A DNA stretch of 64,000 nucleotides from Centroscyllium fabricii (GCA_051313645.2 JBNRSN020000019.1:54560001-54624000), one strand, 5' to 3'; counted from the first letter of the stretch, positions 37,610-51,441 are shown. Notes: a model not told the origin generated them from the sequence alone. Numbers and translations: made by a program.

Positions 37610-39012
37610 GGGGTAAATTTTCCCGGAGGTGTGGCTAATTGGTGGGTTTCCGGTGGGTCAGGTTTCTGATATGAATCTTTAAGGGCCTGGGAGCCCCATG
37701 CAATTTTGGCTCAATTGGCCAATTGATTTCCAGCGTATGGGAACCCTTGGCAATTGACTATTTCCAGTCAGAAAGTCGCACAATATGATGTCATCGTTGC
37801 TGGTGCATTTCAGGTCCACAGCAAGCCTTGCTTCTGCTGCAGACTGCGAACATTGTGGCCTTTCATGCCAGAGGGACCTGGAGGCGGAATGACCATCGAG
37901 AGACCTAGGTCTGCTTCCAGGTTTGATGATGTGGCCCTGCAAGCTTCATTTGAGGGAGCAAGAGCTCATAAAGAGGTGCCCTTCCCTTCTTCAGGGAGGA
38001 AGAAGTCTCCCCAGCAGGCTGTGTGGATCCAGGTGGCGGAGGAGGGCAACTCATTATCAGAACCCCGCAGAACCTGCATTCAGTGCTGGAAGAGGTTTCA
38101 TGACCTTCTGCTCACTGGAAAAGTGACGATGGAACTCCCATCACCCTCAATCTGATCCCTAATGCCTTTCCTCACCAGTACTCAGCTTCAGCAATCTCTT
38201 CCTCCACATCCCACTCGAGATTCACATCCATGCACCCTTACCCATTTCCTCTCTCTCTATGCTCACATTCACATAACTATTCCACCATGCAGCCCTCACA
38301 CTCCCTGTCACCCTGATGCTTTGAATACAACTGACAACACATATGGCGTGCCCTTGGTCTTGCCACCTCACGCCATCTTTGTCTCCTCCTAAGTATCCAG
38401 ACAGGGACAGCAGTGGAGAGTCCTAGTCGGAGGGCACAGGACTCTGCCAGCTCGGCTCAGCTGCATGTCAACCCTCTGCCCCTGGATCCATCCATAAGTT
38501 CGGCGGAGCTGGAACTCCAGGAACAGATGCAGGAGTGGGTGGGTGAGCAGCAGCCTGGCGCTCCTGCTGCTGCTGTTGTTCCTGGTACAGCTGGTGCCGT
38601 GTGGCTGGTGTGGGAGCTCATCTAATGCCCAGAAAGACATAACCTAAATGGCTTCCACGCTTCTGGCATATGACTCCGCTGAGGAAGCGCTGAGTGAAGG
38701 TGCTGAGAGGCGTTTCCCACTAGGTTTCAGCGGCGGGGTTTGCAGCTGGCGGCATTTGTGTGGGGAACGTCTAAAAATCGCGAAGGGCCCTTAAATTGGC
38801 ATTACAGATGCCAATTAAGGGTGCTTAATGAGCCTAACGACCATCCCTGCCGGCCGCCGGCGGGAAAGATTCGGGGCAGGGAGACAGGGCGGCGGGAAAT
38901 CGCAAAGTGGCGGGGATCTGACGGGGTGGGGTGTCGGGACCCCCCCGGTTTAGCAATTTTGCGGCCCACCCCGCCAAAAAGCCCGCCTCACGGCGCTATG
39001 AAAATTTACCCT
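37610..39012 (+). mobile_element. Non-autonomous Harbinger retaining a truncated Myb/SANT gene
   Basis: TIRs GGGGTAAATTTTC / GAAAATTTACCCT; TTG flanks; inserted in a CR1 tail. ORF 37754-38155 (RFDDVALQA..VWIQVAEE..RTCIQCWKRFHDL) resembles the gene at 220-1885. Confidence 0.8.
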
Positions 39013-39107
39013 TTGGTCTTTTATCCTCTAGCAATTCCTATATTGCTATGAAAGCAGTACGGTGACGGACCCTCGAGGTGTTCCACTGTTCCTAATAATG
39101 ATGGATG

Positions 39108-39380
39108 TGTGGTAAACCGGTGTTATCCCATTGTCATGGTACCGTAATGTACCTGTAACTACCTTACTGTTAATGCTGTACATATCTGCAAATACCTGAC
39201 TGCAGGAGCTTGCCTCGGCTGACCCCGCCTCTGCCTCCTCCTCTGGGTCTAGGTACATAGGTGGCTGCTTACCATCCCCCGGTCAATACTGCCTGGAGTT
39301 CAGCCGAGACACGCTCCATTCTTTAGCGAATAAAAGCCTTTAGTTAAGGTAACTCTTTTAGTCTTATTGATGATACGTCA
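39108..39380 (+). mobile_element. Solo LTR (TGTGGTAA...GATACGTCA family)
   Basis: TSD GGATG (39103-39107 / 39381-39385); the empty site is visible in the duplicate near 22580. Confidence 0.92.
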
Positions 39381-40580
39381 GGATGGTACCGCTGGTTCTA
39401 TACTTCATGGGTCAAGAATGTTTGTATGTTTTGCACAGCTACCCTGCCATTCACTCATGAACTTCTCAAGGATCAATACAGTAATTCCCAAACATAACTG
39501 GGTTACAATATCTTCTTCTTCAGCTTGTTCTTTTTAATTTTTTTTTAAAGTTTTTCTTTCTGTCTCTTCTTTCTCTTAATCTACTCTTTCTTTCCCCCTC
39601 TTTATTTCTCTTTCTGTCTATATATTTTGTTTGACTCTAATTCACCCATTTCCTTCTCCTTCTTTCGCTCTGCTTCTTTCTCTATCCTTTTCTTTCATTG
39701 GCCAATGAAGTAAGCCATTGGGCACAACGTTCACAAGGTCCCAGGTGCGACATTGAGATCGCTGCGCCATTATCGAATCGATGTTACAGTCATTTACAGT
39801 GCAAATATAGTGTGATGTCAAGGGTGATTATAAAAATTGAATTAACGTAATTCGCCGCCAAACCTGCCATTGCAGCAATTTCTGGCACATAATGTTCATA
39901 TGCATTCCTCTGTCTGCTATTCTAACAGAGCCATTATCCCATTTTAAAATAAGCAGGTTAACACCTGCTTTAAAATAGCGGACAGGGAAATGTCATACAA
40001 AGACATTAAGCGCATGTCTACGCCTGCTGCTGACAGTAATTCCTAGCCTATATTGCTCTTCTGACCTTATACATAAAAAAATTATTTTCTAATACTAGAA
40101 AAAAATCATTACCACTGCAATTTTTTTTGAAAGTGAAGTAAACAAAGATCCAGTTTGCAGATAAAGACATGGTAAGCTGAATTCTATGCTCTTAGGTCAA
40201 TCAGGCTGAATGCCTGCAGGCTGGGTTTATGACCTACTACACTCTTATTGATTATCAATGTCAGACCTCGCATTTCCCCATGATTGTTGATAGACTGTCT
40301 CCCCAGTTAATGCACAGTAATAAAAGCACCTTCACCATGAACAAGTAAAGAAACTGAAAACAGCTTTCAAAATCACAGAACGCAATCAAGTGTTACAGCT
40401 ACCCACGAACAGGCCAACACCCTACATGCCACATCACTGTCGTAAAATCCTCACTACGAAAATGTCACTGTTTATTAAATTAAATAAAGCCCATCACCAT
40501 CCAACCCCATTTCCTATTTTGCTGTCATATTTGACAACTTCAATACAGTGACAGAAATGCTCACATAAAGACTGTTAATG

Positions 40581-41603
40581 GGGCCAGATTTTGCTGTAAA
40601 AAATAACAATGACGTCAACAGCTCTCTCCTTTTTTTATGTGAAAATCGGATAGCAACTTCCGGCGACTACATATGCGCAGTTAAACACGGAAATCCGGAA
40701 GTTGTTGCTCCTCCAAAAGCTTCCCCAAAACGCCATCTCACCGTCTGACTCACCATTCAAATACAGCTTGAAGTTGCTGTACTTACCTGATATATATGAA
40801 CTAAATCAACAGAAAAAGTTAGGGTTTGTCCATTCTAGTGTAATTACCCTTTTAATGTAAATCTTATGGACTGTCAAATAACCTCTCTGGCACTGAAAAT
40901 TAACGTTAGCAAGTGTGGAGTCTCTTTTAATTATTGTTGGAGATTTTTAAAAAGTAATAATTTAAATTAATTTTTAATCTTTTTCTTCCTGTCCTTTTTA
41001 TCTCTCTCGTAATCCAATCTTTCTTTCCCTCTCTTTATTTCACTTTCTGTACCTGCTTTGACATTGAATTCAATATTCTAACTGACACTTCCTAGTTAAA
41101 ATTCTGCGCTGCTGATTAACAATTTGGCAATTTGATTGGTTAAGGAGAAGTTGCCTTCCCTGTGCACCCAGGTCCCAGATGCCCTGTAGAGGGTGCTGCG
41201 CTTTTTAAATGGTTGGATGACAAAAATTTGTTGTGCAAAATCCTGACGTATCGTCAATTTGTCTTAATAAAAGACTGGACGAGTAGTTACCGTAACTATA
41301 GGCTTTTATTAACTTACTTTGGAGCTACCCTCCGAACGAACATCAGAACAGAATGAGGGAGCCCCGGTCAGTCCTCACCTATAAAGGCCTCACCTGGGGG
41401 AGGAGTTAGAGGTGTGGCTGACCTGGCTCCACGACAGTGTTACAAAGCTGTGTATCATACAAAGCCAATGTTGGCGACAATATTACAGTGGTAATCGTAT
41501 ATACAATATGGGTTACCACAAATCCCATAGCATGTCTTTGGGAAAGTGCAAGTCTAAAGATGGGCTGGCACCATTCGTTACTGCTCAGAGCAAAATCGGG
41601 CCC
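40581..41603. mobile_element. Harbinger-type MITE with nested solo LTR
   Basis: TIRs GGGCCAGATTTTGCT / AGCAAAATCGGGCCC. Confidence 0.78.
41244..41520 (-). mobile_element. Solo LTR (TGTGGTAA...GATACGTCA family)
   Basis: Plus strand TGACGTATC...TTACCACA; TSD AATCC (41239-41243 / 41521-41525). Confidence 0.9.
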
Positions 41604-41794
41604 ATTCCAGGAAGCATCCTCCTTATATCAAAAAGACTTCTGCAATTGGTCTTAAAGAAAATGAACTTTCATATCAGGCTACAGCCAGGCATACCCCCAG
41701 AATGGTTCTTTTGAGGGAAAATTCATTAAAAAAAAAAAGTTGCATTTCAGCAGCTTATTTGTCATTTGTAAATTTTCCTCGGGTCAAGTTTTAA

Positions 41795-42195
41795 AGAAAC
41801 ATAGAAACATAGAAGATAGGAGCAGGAGTAGGCCACTCGGCCCTTTGAGCCTGCTCCACCATTCAAAGAGATCATGGCTGATCATCCAAACCCAGTACCC
41901 TGTCCCTGCCCTGTCCCCATATCTCTCTCGAGCCTGCACTGACACATATCCCACCCTATCCCCGTATCCCCACATATTCAATCCCCCTAACACTAAGGGT
42001 CAATTTATCATGGCCAATCAACCTAACCCGCACATCTTTGGACTGTGGGAGGATACTGGAGCACCCGGAGGAAACCCACGCAGACACGGGGAGAATGTGC
42101 AAACTCCACACAGATAGTCACCCGAGGCTGGATTTGAACCCGGGTCTCTAGTGCTGTAAGGCAACAGTGCTAACCACTATGCCACCGTGCCGCCC
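41795..42195 (-). mobile_element. HE1 / V-SINE
   Basis: Reverse complement of the 25241 and 27920 SINEs. Confidence 0.92.
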
Positions 42196-42816
42196 AAAAC
42201 ACAGGTATTGAGACTCTAAGAAACTCATTAAAAAATATTTCTGCCTCAAGTTTGTCTGCAAGCAACAGTAGGAGAAAGTAATGTGTGATAGTTTCTGACA
42301 GATTCCAGTACTCCCTCTAACTGATCTTGTTGGTTCTGACAGCCTCTAGTCCCACCTTCCAACTGACCTGATAGGTTGATACAGACTGACAACCTCCAAT
42401 CCAAGTGAAAAAAGCTGATTTTTTTAAACTTTAAGAAGCTGACATATGGATTGGAATACTGACTGTTGGTTTGACACATTGATGGTTGACATATAGGAAG
42501 CAGGTTCACCGAAACTATATTTTAATTTGCCACAATAGTTGGGTAGTCTCAAAAACTGAACGTAGTCAAGTAAAAAGCATTGAGATCAGTGAATTAATGC
42601 ATTATGACATCTCTGCTACACCTATAATACATACAAGTGTAGCATGGATATCTTCTCCAGTGACATAAATAATTTGCCCAGGCAACTTCAAGTTTTACTG
42701 ATTTATTTTTTATAATGTAGCATTCTTGAAGATAATTAATGGACTTCAATGAATGATCTTTTACTGCTACTAGATATTAGTTGTCCTTTTATCCTGCTGT
42801 TAATTGGCAACAAATT

Positions 42817-43587
42817 GGCCCAGAAATTGCAGTGGAGCCTTCGTGCGGGTGCAGTACCTGCTTAACGCACTTGAACTGCCCATAATCAGGTTTGCTTTTT
42901 TGCACTCAGAAATTGCAGTTAGCCCAGCTTGTCAGAACTCCGTGCGAGCTTCATGGGCATCTGAAGGGCGTAATTAGTGCGAGATGGCTTTTGAGACCAC
43001 CTTAGTGACAGGGAGCCAATCAGTGGAACCAATTCTCCGTTCAAAACTTCCACTGAGAAATCTGTGCAAGTTCTGAAAGGAGAGATTGCCCAAAAGACAT
43101 CTAAACTCAAAAATAAAATTTTACAAACACCACATTTTTTAAACATTACTCCAACTAACACAAATAACCTATTTTAAAGAAAAAATAAAAATTTACAGAA
43201 ACATTTCTCAACTTCCAACAGGTCTAAAAAAATACTTACTTGTCTTTAAAGTTAACAACAATTAAAAACCTGAAAAAACAACACTTAAAATCAATAAAAT
43301 ACACACTTACCAGATAAAAATGGATACTTACGACTGCTTTTTCCCAGCGTAGAATATCCTGGTCTTGGTCCGTAGAAAAAGTAAAAAAAATAAAATTGGA
43401 ATGACTGGACGCAACCCTAGTTCACTACTTCCTGCGCTGGACCTCGCAGGAACTCCACCCCCCACCCCCCGCTGGCCGGCATAGGAAAACCCAAAGCAGC
43501 GCAACCGGCTGCTTCCTGCAGGTTTAAGCTCTGGTGCGCTCGCACCAGAGCTTAAACCCGAAATGGGCAGACTGCAATTTCTGGCCC
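42817..43587 (-). mobile_element. Harbinger-type MITE (copy 2)
   Basis: TIRs GGCCCAGAAATTGCAG / CTGCAATTTCTGGCCC; ATT TSD (42814-42816 / 43588-43590); homologous to 19361-20123. Confidence 0.9.
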
Positions 43588-43913
43588 ATTGTCAGAGCTG
43601 GTGGCACAACAGCAAGTGATGGTACCTTAGGAGGGAGATTCAACTGTTGGGGGGGTGAGGGGTGGGTGGGTGGGGGTCGGGGTGTTGAAAAAATAACTTC
43701 AGTAAAAAGAGAATAATATTGGAACAAAAATATACCATTTACGTAAAATAAACTTCTGGGAAACCTGAAACTTCTGCATTCTTGTGTAATTTTCTATGTG
43801 GACAGAATGATAATCTATAATTACAACAAGTGTATATCACTGTTAATTTGGAGATGTGTGGAGCTTTATGTTGAGTTGTAAAAGTTGTAACTTTTTGGTG
43901 TCTTGAAGAATGA

Positions 43914-45316
43914 ATCATATAATCATAGAATGGTTACAACACAGAAGGAGGCCACTCAGCCCATCGAGCCTGCAAGAGCACTTCAGCTAGTCCCATTCCC
44001 CCACCCTTTCCCTGTAGCCCTGCGAATTATTTTCCTTCAGGTATTGATCCAATTCTTTTCTGAAAGCCACGATTGAGTCTGCTTCCATCACCCTTCCAGG
44101 CAGTGCATTCCAAATCCAAAACACTCGCTGCATAAAAAAGATTTTCCTCATGTCACCTTTGGTTCTTCTGCCAATCATCTTGAATCTGTGTCCTCTGGTT
44201 CTTGACCCTTCCGCCAATGGGAACAGTTTCTCTCTATCTACTCTGACTAGACCTATCATGATTTTGAACACCTCTATCAAATCTCCTCTCAACCTTCTCT
44301 GCTCTAAGGAGAACAAGCCCAGATTCTTCAATCTGTCCACGTAACTGAAGTCCCTCATCCCTGGAATCATTATTGTAAATCCTTTCTGCACCTTCTCTTC
44401 ACAACCTTCCTAAAGTGCAGTGCCCAGAATTGGACACAATACTCTAGTTGAGGCCGAACCAGTGTTTTATAAAGATTCATCATAACTTCCTTGCTTTTGT
44501 ACTCTATGCCTCTATTTATGAAGCCTAGGATCCCATATGCTTTTTTAACCGCTTTCTCAACCTGACCTGCCACCTTCAACAATTTATGTACATATACCCC
44601 CAGGTCTCTCTGTTCATGCACCCCCTTTAGGATTGTACCCTTTAGTTTATATTGCCTCTCCTCGTTCTTCCTGCGAAAATGTATCACTTCGCACTTTTCT
44701 ACGTTAAATTTCATCTGCCACGTGCCCGCTCATTTCACCAGCCTGTCTATGTCTTCTTGAAGTCTATCGCTATCCTCCTCACTGTTCACTATACTTCCAA
44801 GTTTTGTGTCATCTGCAAATTTTGAAATTGTACACCCAAGTCCAAGTCATTAATATATATCAAGAAAAGCAGTGGTCCTAGTACCGACCCCTGGGGAACA
44901 CCTTCCTCCAGTCCAAAAAACAGCCGTTCAGCACTATGGCATGGTGGCATAGTGGTTAGCACTGTTGCCTCACAGAGCTAGGGTCCTGGATTCAAATCCG
45001 GCCTCGGGTACTATCTGTGTGGAGTTTGCACATTCTCCCCGTGTCTGCGTGGGTTTCCTCCGGGTGCTCCGGTTTCCTCCCACAGTCCAAAGATGTGCGG
45101 GTTGGGTTGATTGGCCAGGATAAATTGACCCTTAGTGTTAGGGGGATTAAATATGTGGGGTTACGGGGATAGGGTGCGATATGTGTCGGTGCAGGCTCGA
45201 TGGGCCGAATGGCCTCTATCTGCACTGTAGGGATTCTATGATTCTATGATACTCTCTGTTTCCTGTCACTTGGCCAATTTTGTATCCATGCTGCCACTGT
45301 CCCTTTTATTCCATGT
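43914..45316 (-). mobile_element. CR1 LINE 3' fragment interrupted by a SINE
   Basis: ORFs 43987-44391 and 44370-44714 (RPQLEYCVQFW, RLRGDLIEVFKI); (ATTCTATG)-type tail near 43914-43930. Confidence 0.9.
44937..45249 (+). mobile_element. HE1 / V-SINE variant with (ATTCTATG)n tail
   Basis: tRNA head plus V-domain; its 3' tail differs from that of the 25241 type. Confidence 0.9.
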
Positions 45317-45723
45317 TTGTTGAACTTTTAAAAATATTTCTCAAAAACTGGAACAAATAAAGCAGAACTCAAATGCTTTACAGCATTTCTACAGAAGCTA
45401 ACATAAGGGCATTATTGAAAGTCAGGGCCATCCAGCCATGTTTAAAAAGAACATGTCAGATTTAACCCATTACAACCTGCTGGTGAACAAAATCTGCAGC
45501 ACCCTTACAGTGCCTTGGTCATTAGTTTAAAACATTATATACTCCGTAATCGCACAAACTCTGTCGTGCACATTTCCAATTTCATTTTCCATAAATGAAG
45601 TTATGAAGACATAATATATGAATAAAACTTGGGGAAAATGGCAAAGCATTATAAAATCACCACATGCAGGAACAAAGTCAGTATTGAACGTATTTCTTTA
45701 TAGAGAAAGAGAATGGACACAAT

Positions 45724-45872
45724 GGGGGAAATTTTAATCCCACAAAACGGATGGGTTGGTGTCGGGTGGGAGAGTTAAATGGTTAAAAAACTGAATCCTG
45801 ATCCCATTAAATTCGGCAGGACCTCATTCCATCTCCCCGCTCCTTACCTGCCTCCAAGATAAAATTCCGGCC
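45724..45872. mobile_element. Small Harbinger-type MITE
   Basis: GGGGGAAATTTTA ... TAAAATTCCGGCC with AAT on both flanks. Confidence 0.6.
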
Positions 45873-48029
45873 AATAACACAGTAACTTGCCTATTTAACT
45901 TATCCATGAGCTACATCAGTCAAATAAACTGTAACCTATCAGTATTTGAAATTATTTGTGACTTTAGCTAAAAATATGCATGTTTCATTGTATCATGGAA
46001 ATAGACGGCATGTATTCTGTGAGGAATTAAGATTGCTTAATTATTTTATTCCAATCATTAGAAAGACCTTTTAGCACATAAGCAACAACATCATGAGTGA
46101 GATACAAATAAATACCTTTCAGGTGAGTGGAATAAATCCGTATTCCATGAAAAAACTGCAAGTATTCCACTAAAACCACACATCAGCAAAATACGCAGAA
46201 TTATTTTGTTAAGAAACTGTTAATTTTTTCTTGTCATTATTCATATAATGGTTCAGCTGGAATAACAGTTTTGCATGGAGAAGACTGCGTCTTTGTGATG
46301 TAGAACACGAATATAATTTTATACAAGCTTGCGTGTGAAATCAATTATGACAGCAACCTATATATTTTTTTAAATGACATAGTCCATCATCTGCACGTTG
46401 CTTCATTATACTTAACTTTAAATCACATATAGCATGCAGCAGAAGCTAAAATAAGCTTTTTTTTAAATTAAAATTAAACATACAATTGCAGTGTACAGAA
46501 AATACTTAAATGTTAAGTTATTAAATTTGGAATTTGTCCAATATTTTATGCAAGCCATTCACAGCTCTGTACCTCCTGAATTATTTGGCGCTATTTATTA
46601 TGTGGTAGAAAAGATGCGCATGTTTTAAAATCTTTAATAGTCATTCAGTACTACAAGAGTTAACTAATGAGTCTGTCATGCAGTATTGTGTTTTCAAAAA
46701 AATATGCTGAGCACCGCCCAAATATCATCCATAACTTAGCTTAAGAATGTAGAATCTCAACCTGCAAATATTACATACAACATAGAACCATGGAAGTTCA
46801 CAATGTAGAAGGAGGACAATTGTTGTGTCAATCCTAAACCCATCCTACGGCTCTGCACTCTCCCCACAGCCAATATGAACAGGGAAAGCCAACAGGAAAG
46901 AGAAAATACAGGCTTCATTTGAAGTTGCTTAATTTGAATTATCTGTTAATTCAAATGTGTTTGTGGAAAAAATGCCCTCTGTACTGTTTTATTCAAATGG
47001 ATTAATTTGGACCACTGGATAATTTGAAAAAAAAATTCAAGCAGCAGAAAGACTTCAAATTAATATGAGTGGACAGTATCTTTAAAAAAAATGCATGTAA
47101 TTTGCACCCCCAGAAAAACTGCAATATAAGTATAACTCATGCATGAGTTACATTGAATAGTTAACTGACTTTGACCCCATCATTTTGTTATGGGGGGAAC
47201 TCAATTACCTCGTATCATTTGAAAATGTATTGTGCGCCCTAGCAATATAGCCATACTAAACTCAGCCTTCAACATAAAATTGAAAGTCTTGACATCCAAA
47301 TTCATAACATCTTTCTCCCAAAATATAAAAAATAGGTTTCAGTGAGTTTGTTCTTGCCATATAGGCCTTGTACGTTCTACCTGCCTAGGAATAGGGTGTA
47401 CGATCGATATACATGGCTATTTTTTTCTTCTAAATTTAGAACTTCACTCTAGATGCCACTGCACTGGGATTAAAAATGTCTTTCCTATTTCAGAGTAAGT
47501 CTTCTTTCAGAAAAAACTGTGAATTAATTTCTTTGATAATAAACAAGTAATATTTAAAATGGATTCCTTACCAAAACAAGTACCCATATTTAGAAGAAAT
47601 CATGCTAAAACTTAGATATTTTGGCTGGAATTTTGCGGGGGGTCTGCAGGCGTGATCAGTGGTGGGTCAGGTGAGAAAGGTTTTTTTTCCACAGCTGGTC
47701 GGGACCCCTCTGTGAACTCACCGCCACGTGCCTTTCCCAATGTCGGGTCTGTCACCACTGAGCAAACCCGACACGTAGCGACAGGTGACCCAATTCAAGT
47801 AATTATGACCTTGTTTAGAGCCACTTAAGAATGATTTTCAACTTACCTTTTGCATTTGACAGCTCGCCCACAGGGTCCACGTTGGTTGTGGACCACATCT
47901 GTCAAGCTGAGGCAGGAGTTCAGTGGCCATTGAATCAGCTGTTGAGTTGACAGCTTCAAATGTACAATAAAAGTTCCCACCTTACAGAGATATCTTCCCT
48001 CAGCCACAAGCTGTTCCTCACTGCATTTC

Positions 48030-48887
48030 CACAACAACAACAACTTGTATTTATATCGCGCCTTTAACGTATAAAATGTCCCAAAGTGCTTCACAGGAGT
48101 ATTATAAAACAAAAAATTGACCGAGCCTCTTAAGAAATGAGGGCAGATCACCAAAAGCTTTGTCAAAGAGGTAGGTTTTATGGAGTGACTTAAAGGAGGA
48201 AAGAGAGGTAGAGAGGCAGAGAGTTATAGGGAGGGACTTCCAGAGCTTTGGGCCTAGGCAGCTGAAGGCACGGCACCACTGGTTGAGCAATTATAATCAG
48301 GGATACTCAAGAGGGCAGAATTAGAGTAGCGCAGGTATCTTGGGGGGTTGTGGGGCTGAAGGAGATTACAGAGATAGGGAGGGGCGAGGCCATGGAGGGA
48401 TTTGAAAACAAGGATGAGAATTTTGAAATCAAGGCGTTGCTTAACCGAGAGTAAATGTAGGTCAGCGAGCACAGGGATGGTAGGTGAATGGAACTTAGTG
48501 CAAGTTAGGACTCGGGCAGCCGAGTTTTGGATGGCCTCAAGTTTACGTAGAGTAGAATGTGGCAGGCCAGCCAGGAATGCATTGGAATAGTCAAGTCTAG
48601 AGGTAACAAAGACACGGATGAGGGTTTCAGCACAGATGAGCTGAGGCAGGGGCGGAGACAAGCAATGTTATGGAAGTGGAAATAGGCGGTCTTAGTTATG
48701 CCACGGGTATGTGATCGGAAGCTCATATCAGGGTCAAATATGACGCCAAGGTTGCGAACGGTCTGGTTCAACAGCTGCTAGGGAAACAGATGGAGATGGT
48801 GGCTACGGAACGGAGTTTATGGCGGGGCCCGAAGACAATGGCTTTGGTCTTCCCAATATTTAATTGGAGAAAATTTCTGCTCATCCA
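48030..48887 (-). mobile_element. L2 LINE 3' fragment
   Basis: ORF 48254-48661 (VTSRLDYSNA, IQNSAARVL, RLDFKIL); (TTG)n tail; similar to 35075-35990. Confidence 0.88.
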
Positions 48888-49175
48888 GTCGTCTTGGGCA
48901 GTCCCTCAGAACCGAGGATGTCTTGCTTCCACATTAAAAATGAGTTCTCAGGTGACTGATGAGTTCAATGTCTTGAAGGTCCTGACGTTCCAGGTCCCGA
49001 ACTTCATTTTAAAGGGTGGAAGATGCCTGTGCGTGAATTCTTTTAATGTGGGGTGGCCGTTGCACACCAGCTACCACACGGGTGTGACACAGCAAGGTCT
49101 TGGCCCAATGGCAAGGGGGTCCAAGATGATTGGAGATCAGACTCTGCTACAACAGCCTAGCACACACACACACAT
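48888..49175 (-). mobile_element. Probable RTE-clade LINE-derived 3' fragment
   Basis: Begins CTTGGGCAGTCCCTC..CGAGGATG.CTTGCTTCCAC, which I recall as an RTE-type 3' end; not verified by search. Confidence 0.45.
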
Positions 49176-49968
49176 ACTTCTACATCCCCCTCCCTCCTTC
49201 CCGCAGTTCCTCACTGCCTGGGTTTCATGGGATGTCTGGCCACTGACTCTGGATGTTGTAGCCCTGAGTACAGGAGCGCGGATCTCTCCGCCACCCTCAA
49301 TCACCCAGTTAATCAACACCAGGCACCTCAGGGCAGCCCGTACTGGATGTCGGACAAGCACAACAGAATCACCATGCTGCAAGTCTGTACACAAGTTTCC
49401 ATCCAGTCGTACTTCATTACCTTGCTCACCATTGACAGATTGCTTCTGTCATCTCTACTTCGCCTGCCATCTATTCCATCAGCATAGGTGCCCTTTATAC
49501 TCTCTCACCTTGGTCCTCAGAATCCCACCATGATCAGCCCCAACACCAGCAGCACCAGGCACACTAGCAGCACCAACAACAACGCCAACCTTCTCCACAA
49601 TCAACTGATGGTGCACAGGGCATCAGCACCCGACCACATTGCTGCCCAGGAGGCCAAGGGTGGCCTCACATGGCCAGATTTACTTCAGTTGATGCTGTAC
49701 ACCCTGGATGCCACATAATGTGTCAGGTTGGCACCACGCTACACCAACACCATAAAGCATCCCTGCAATGCCCAAGCCATTCCTTTCACACTCATCACCA
49801 TTGCAGGGGGTATCATTATGCCTAACCATTCACTGCAACTCACTAAACCACTTCCAAAAGTGCACGCGAATCTATCCAAGAACGCAAAGTGCTGAAAGTA
49901 ATGGTTTCAATGTTTGACACCACATTAACAGAAACTTTACATGAATATAGCATAAAACACCCAAGTGC

Positions 49969-50409
49969 CTACCCTTGTGTGTTGTTAGTTGCTATGATTG
50001 CACTAGGTTGAGGGTGAGTGTGAGGGGTGGCTAGTGAGATGGGGAAGTGATAATGTAGGCAGAGAGGGATGGGTGGAGGTGCAAGGATAGTTGGTGTGAG
50101 TAAGGATGTGCAGGAGTAGGGTAGGGAAGGCAGAGTGATGGGGATGTGATGAGAGGCACAGCAGGATGAGGTTGAGTGTGGCTTTGTTCTAACGTTTCGT
50201 GATCTACTGAGATCATTGAAATGTTTGCGGCACTGCACCCAGGTCCTCCTGACCACATCCCTGCATGTGCCTTCCTCTGCAATGTGCAACCAGGCCGTGT
50301 TGATCTCCTGGGAAGGTCTCTTCTGCCCATCGGAAGGGCAAAGGACCTCCCTGCGTGCTGTGACTCCCTCCATAAGCATAAACAGATGCAAAGATGGCAT
50401 CTTAGTCAT
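49969..50409 (-). pseudogene. Harbinger Myb/SANT exon remnant within a decayed element (about 49180-50820)
   Basis: LMEGVTARREVL..AWLHIAEE..RRTWVQCRKHFNDLSR aligns with the other Myb/SANT first exons. Confidence 0.75.
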
Positions 50410-51441
50410 TCACCCTGCCTGCTCTTGCTGGCATGATGCTCAAGCTATTTTGAGGCCAGGGCCTCATTAGCATGAGGCGGAGGTCGTGATCCCAAGAGGG
50501 GTCCTTGAACGGGTCAGCAGTAGGCCGAAGTTATTACAATGGCCTGGGAGAAGAACTCCTACTGTTGGCCCATGGCCCAGCCATAAAAAATTGGAAGCTT
50601 CCTGGATCAGTTTTTGAGTGCCTTCCAGCTGTCCCTTTAAGGAAAATTGGTAAGGACCTTGATTTGCATGTTTAAGCAGCCTCCCTCTTGTTTCAAATGA
50701 AAACTTGCATTAGGAGGATCTTGACAGTCAATGGCCAAGGTAGTCCCCACCCTATATTCAGTTGCTGGCGATCTGGTTTTTTAGTTGCGAAATGGGCAGC
50801 TGGCAGTTGAATATGACCCCCCCACAAGTCTGAGTGAGAAGACACTGAATCTTATACATGTTAGAGTTCAAAAAGAAAATCATACAGATATTGCATCATA
50901 TTTGGTAACTGTAATGTCATAATTGCACTTGCGCACCATGAAACCGCGTTTTGATGGTTAAAATATACTTTTCGTACTGTAGCCTTTTGCTAAAATTAAA
51001 TATACATTAATGGAATAAACAAAGTAATCTGATTTTCAGCTATTGAATGTTAAATTAATTCTATTTGTGGGGCTCTCATAGGTTACTTACAAATTTATAA
51101 GTCATTTGTTCAGCTTATTGATGTGCTAAGTTCTATACATAGCAGCTAAAGATAAAGGGCGGGAAATTCGTGAGCGCATGTTTTCGGCGCTAAAATTGGC
51201 GCTGCACTAAAAATTAGCACCGGTGCTAAATTAGCGCCGAGGCGGCCAATATTGGTGTTAACGCCGTCGTTGCAGATTTCGGCGCTAATTCACGTCTTGC
51301 ACGGCTTCCAGGCGGCCAATATCTTGCTGCTAATTGCCGTTCCTGGGCGCAGCGCTCCCTCACTAACTGCTTGCTTCCCCATGACCTCTGCAGCCGATTA
51401 GGTCTTAATGGGGAAGCAGAGCAGTATCTTTTCCTCCCCGC

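Noticed and set aside
46075-46122. Plus-strand 48-nt candidate exon (HISNNIMSEIQINTFQ, GTGAGT donor)
   Set aside because: Weak pyrimidine tract, no partner exons found, and it overlaps the minus-strand candidate; cannot be supported without transcripts.
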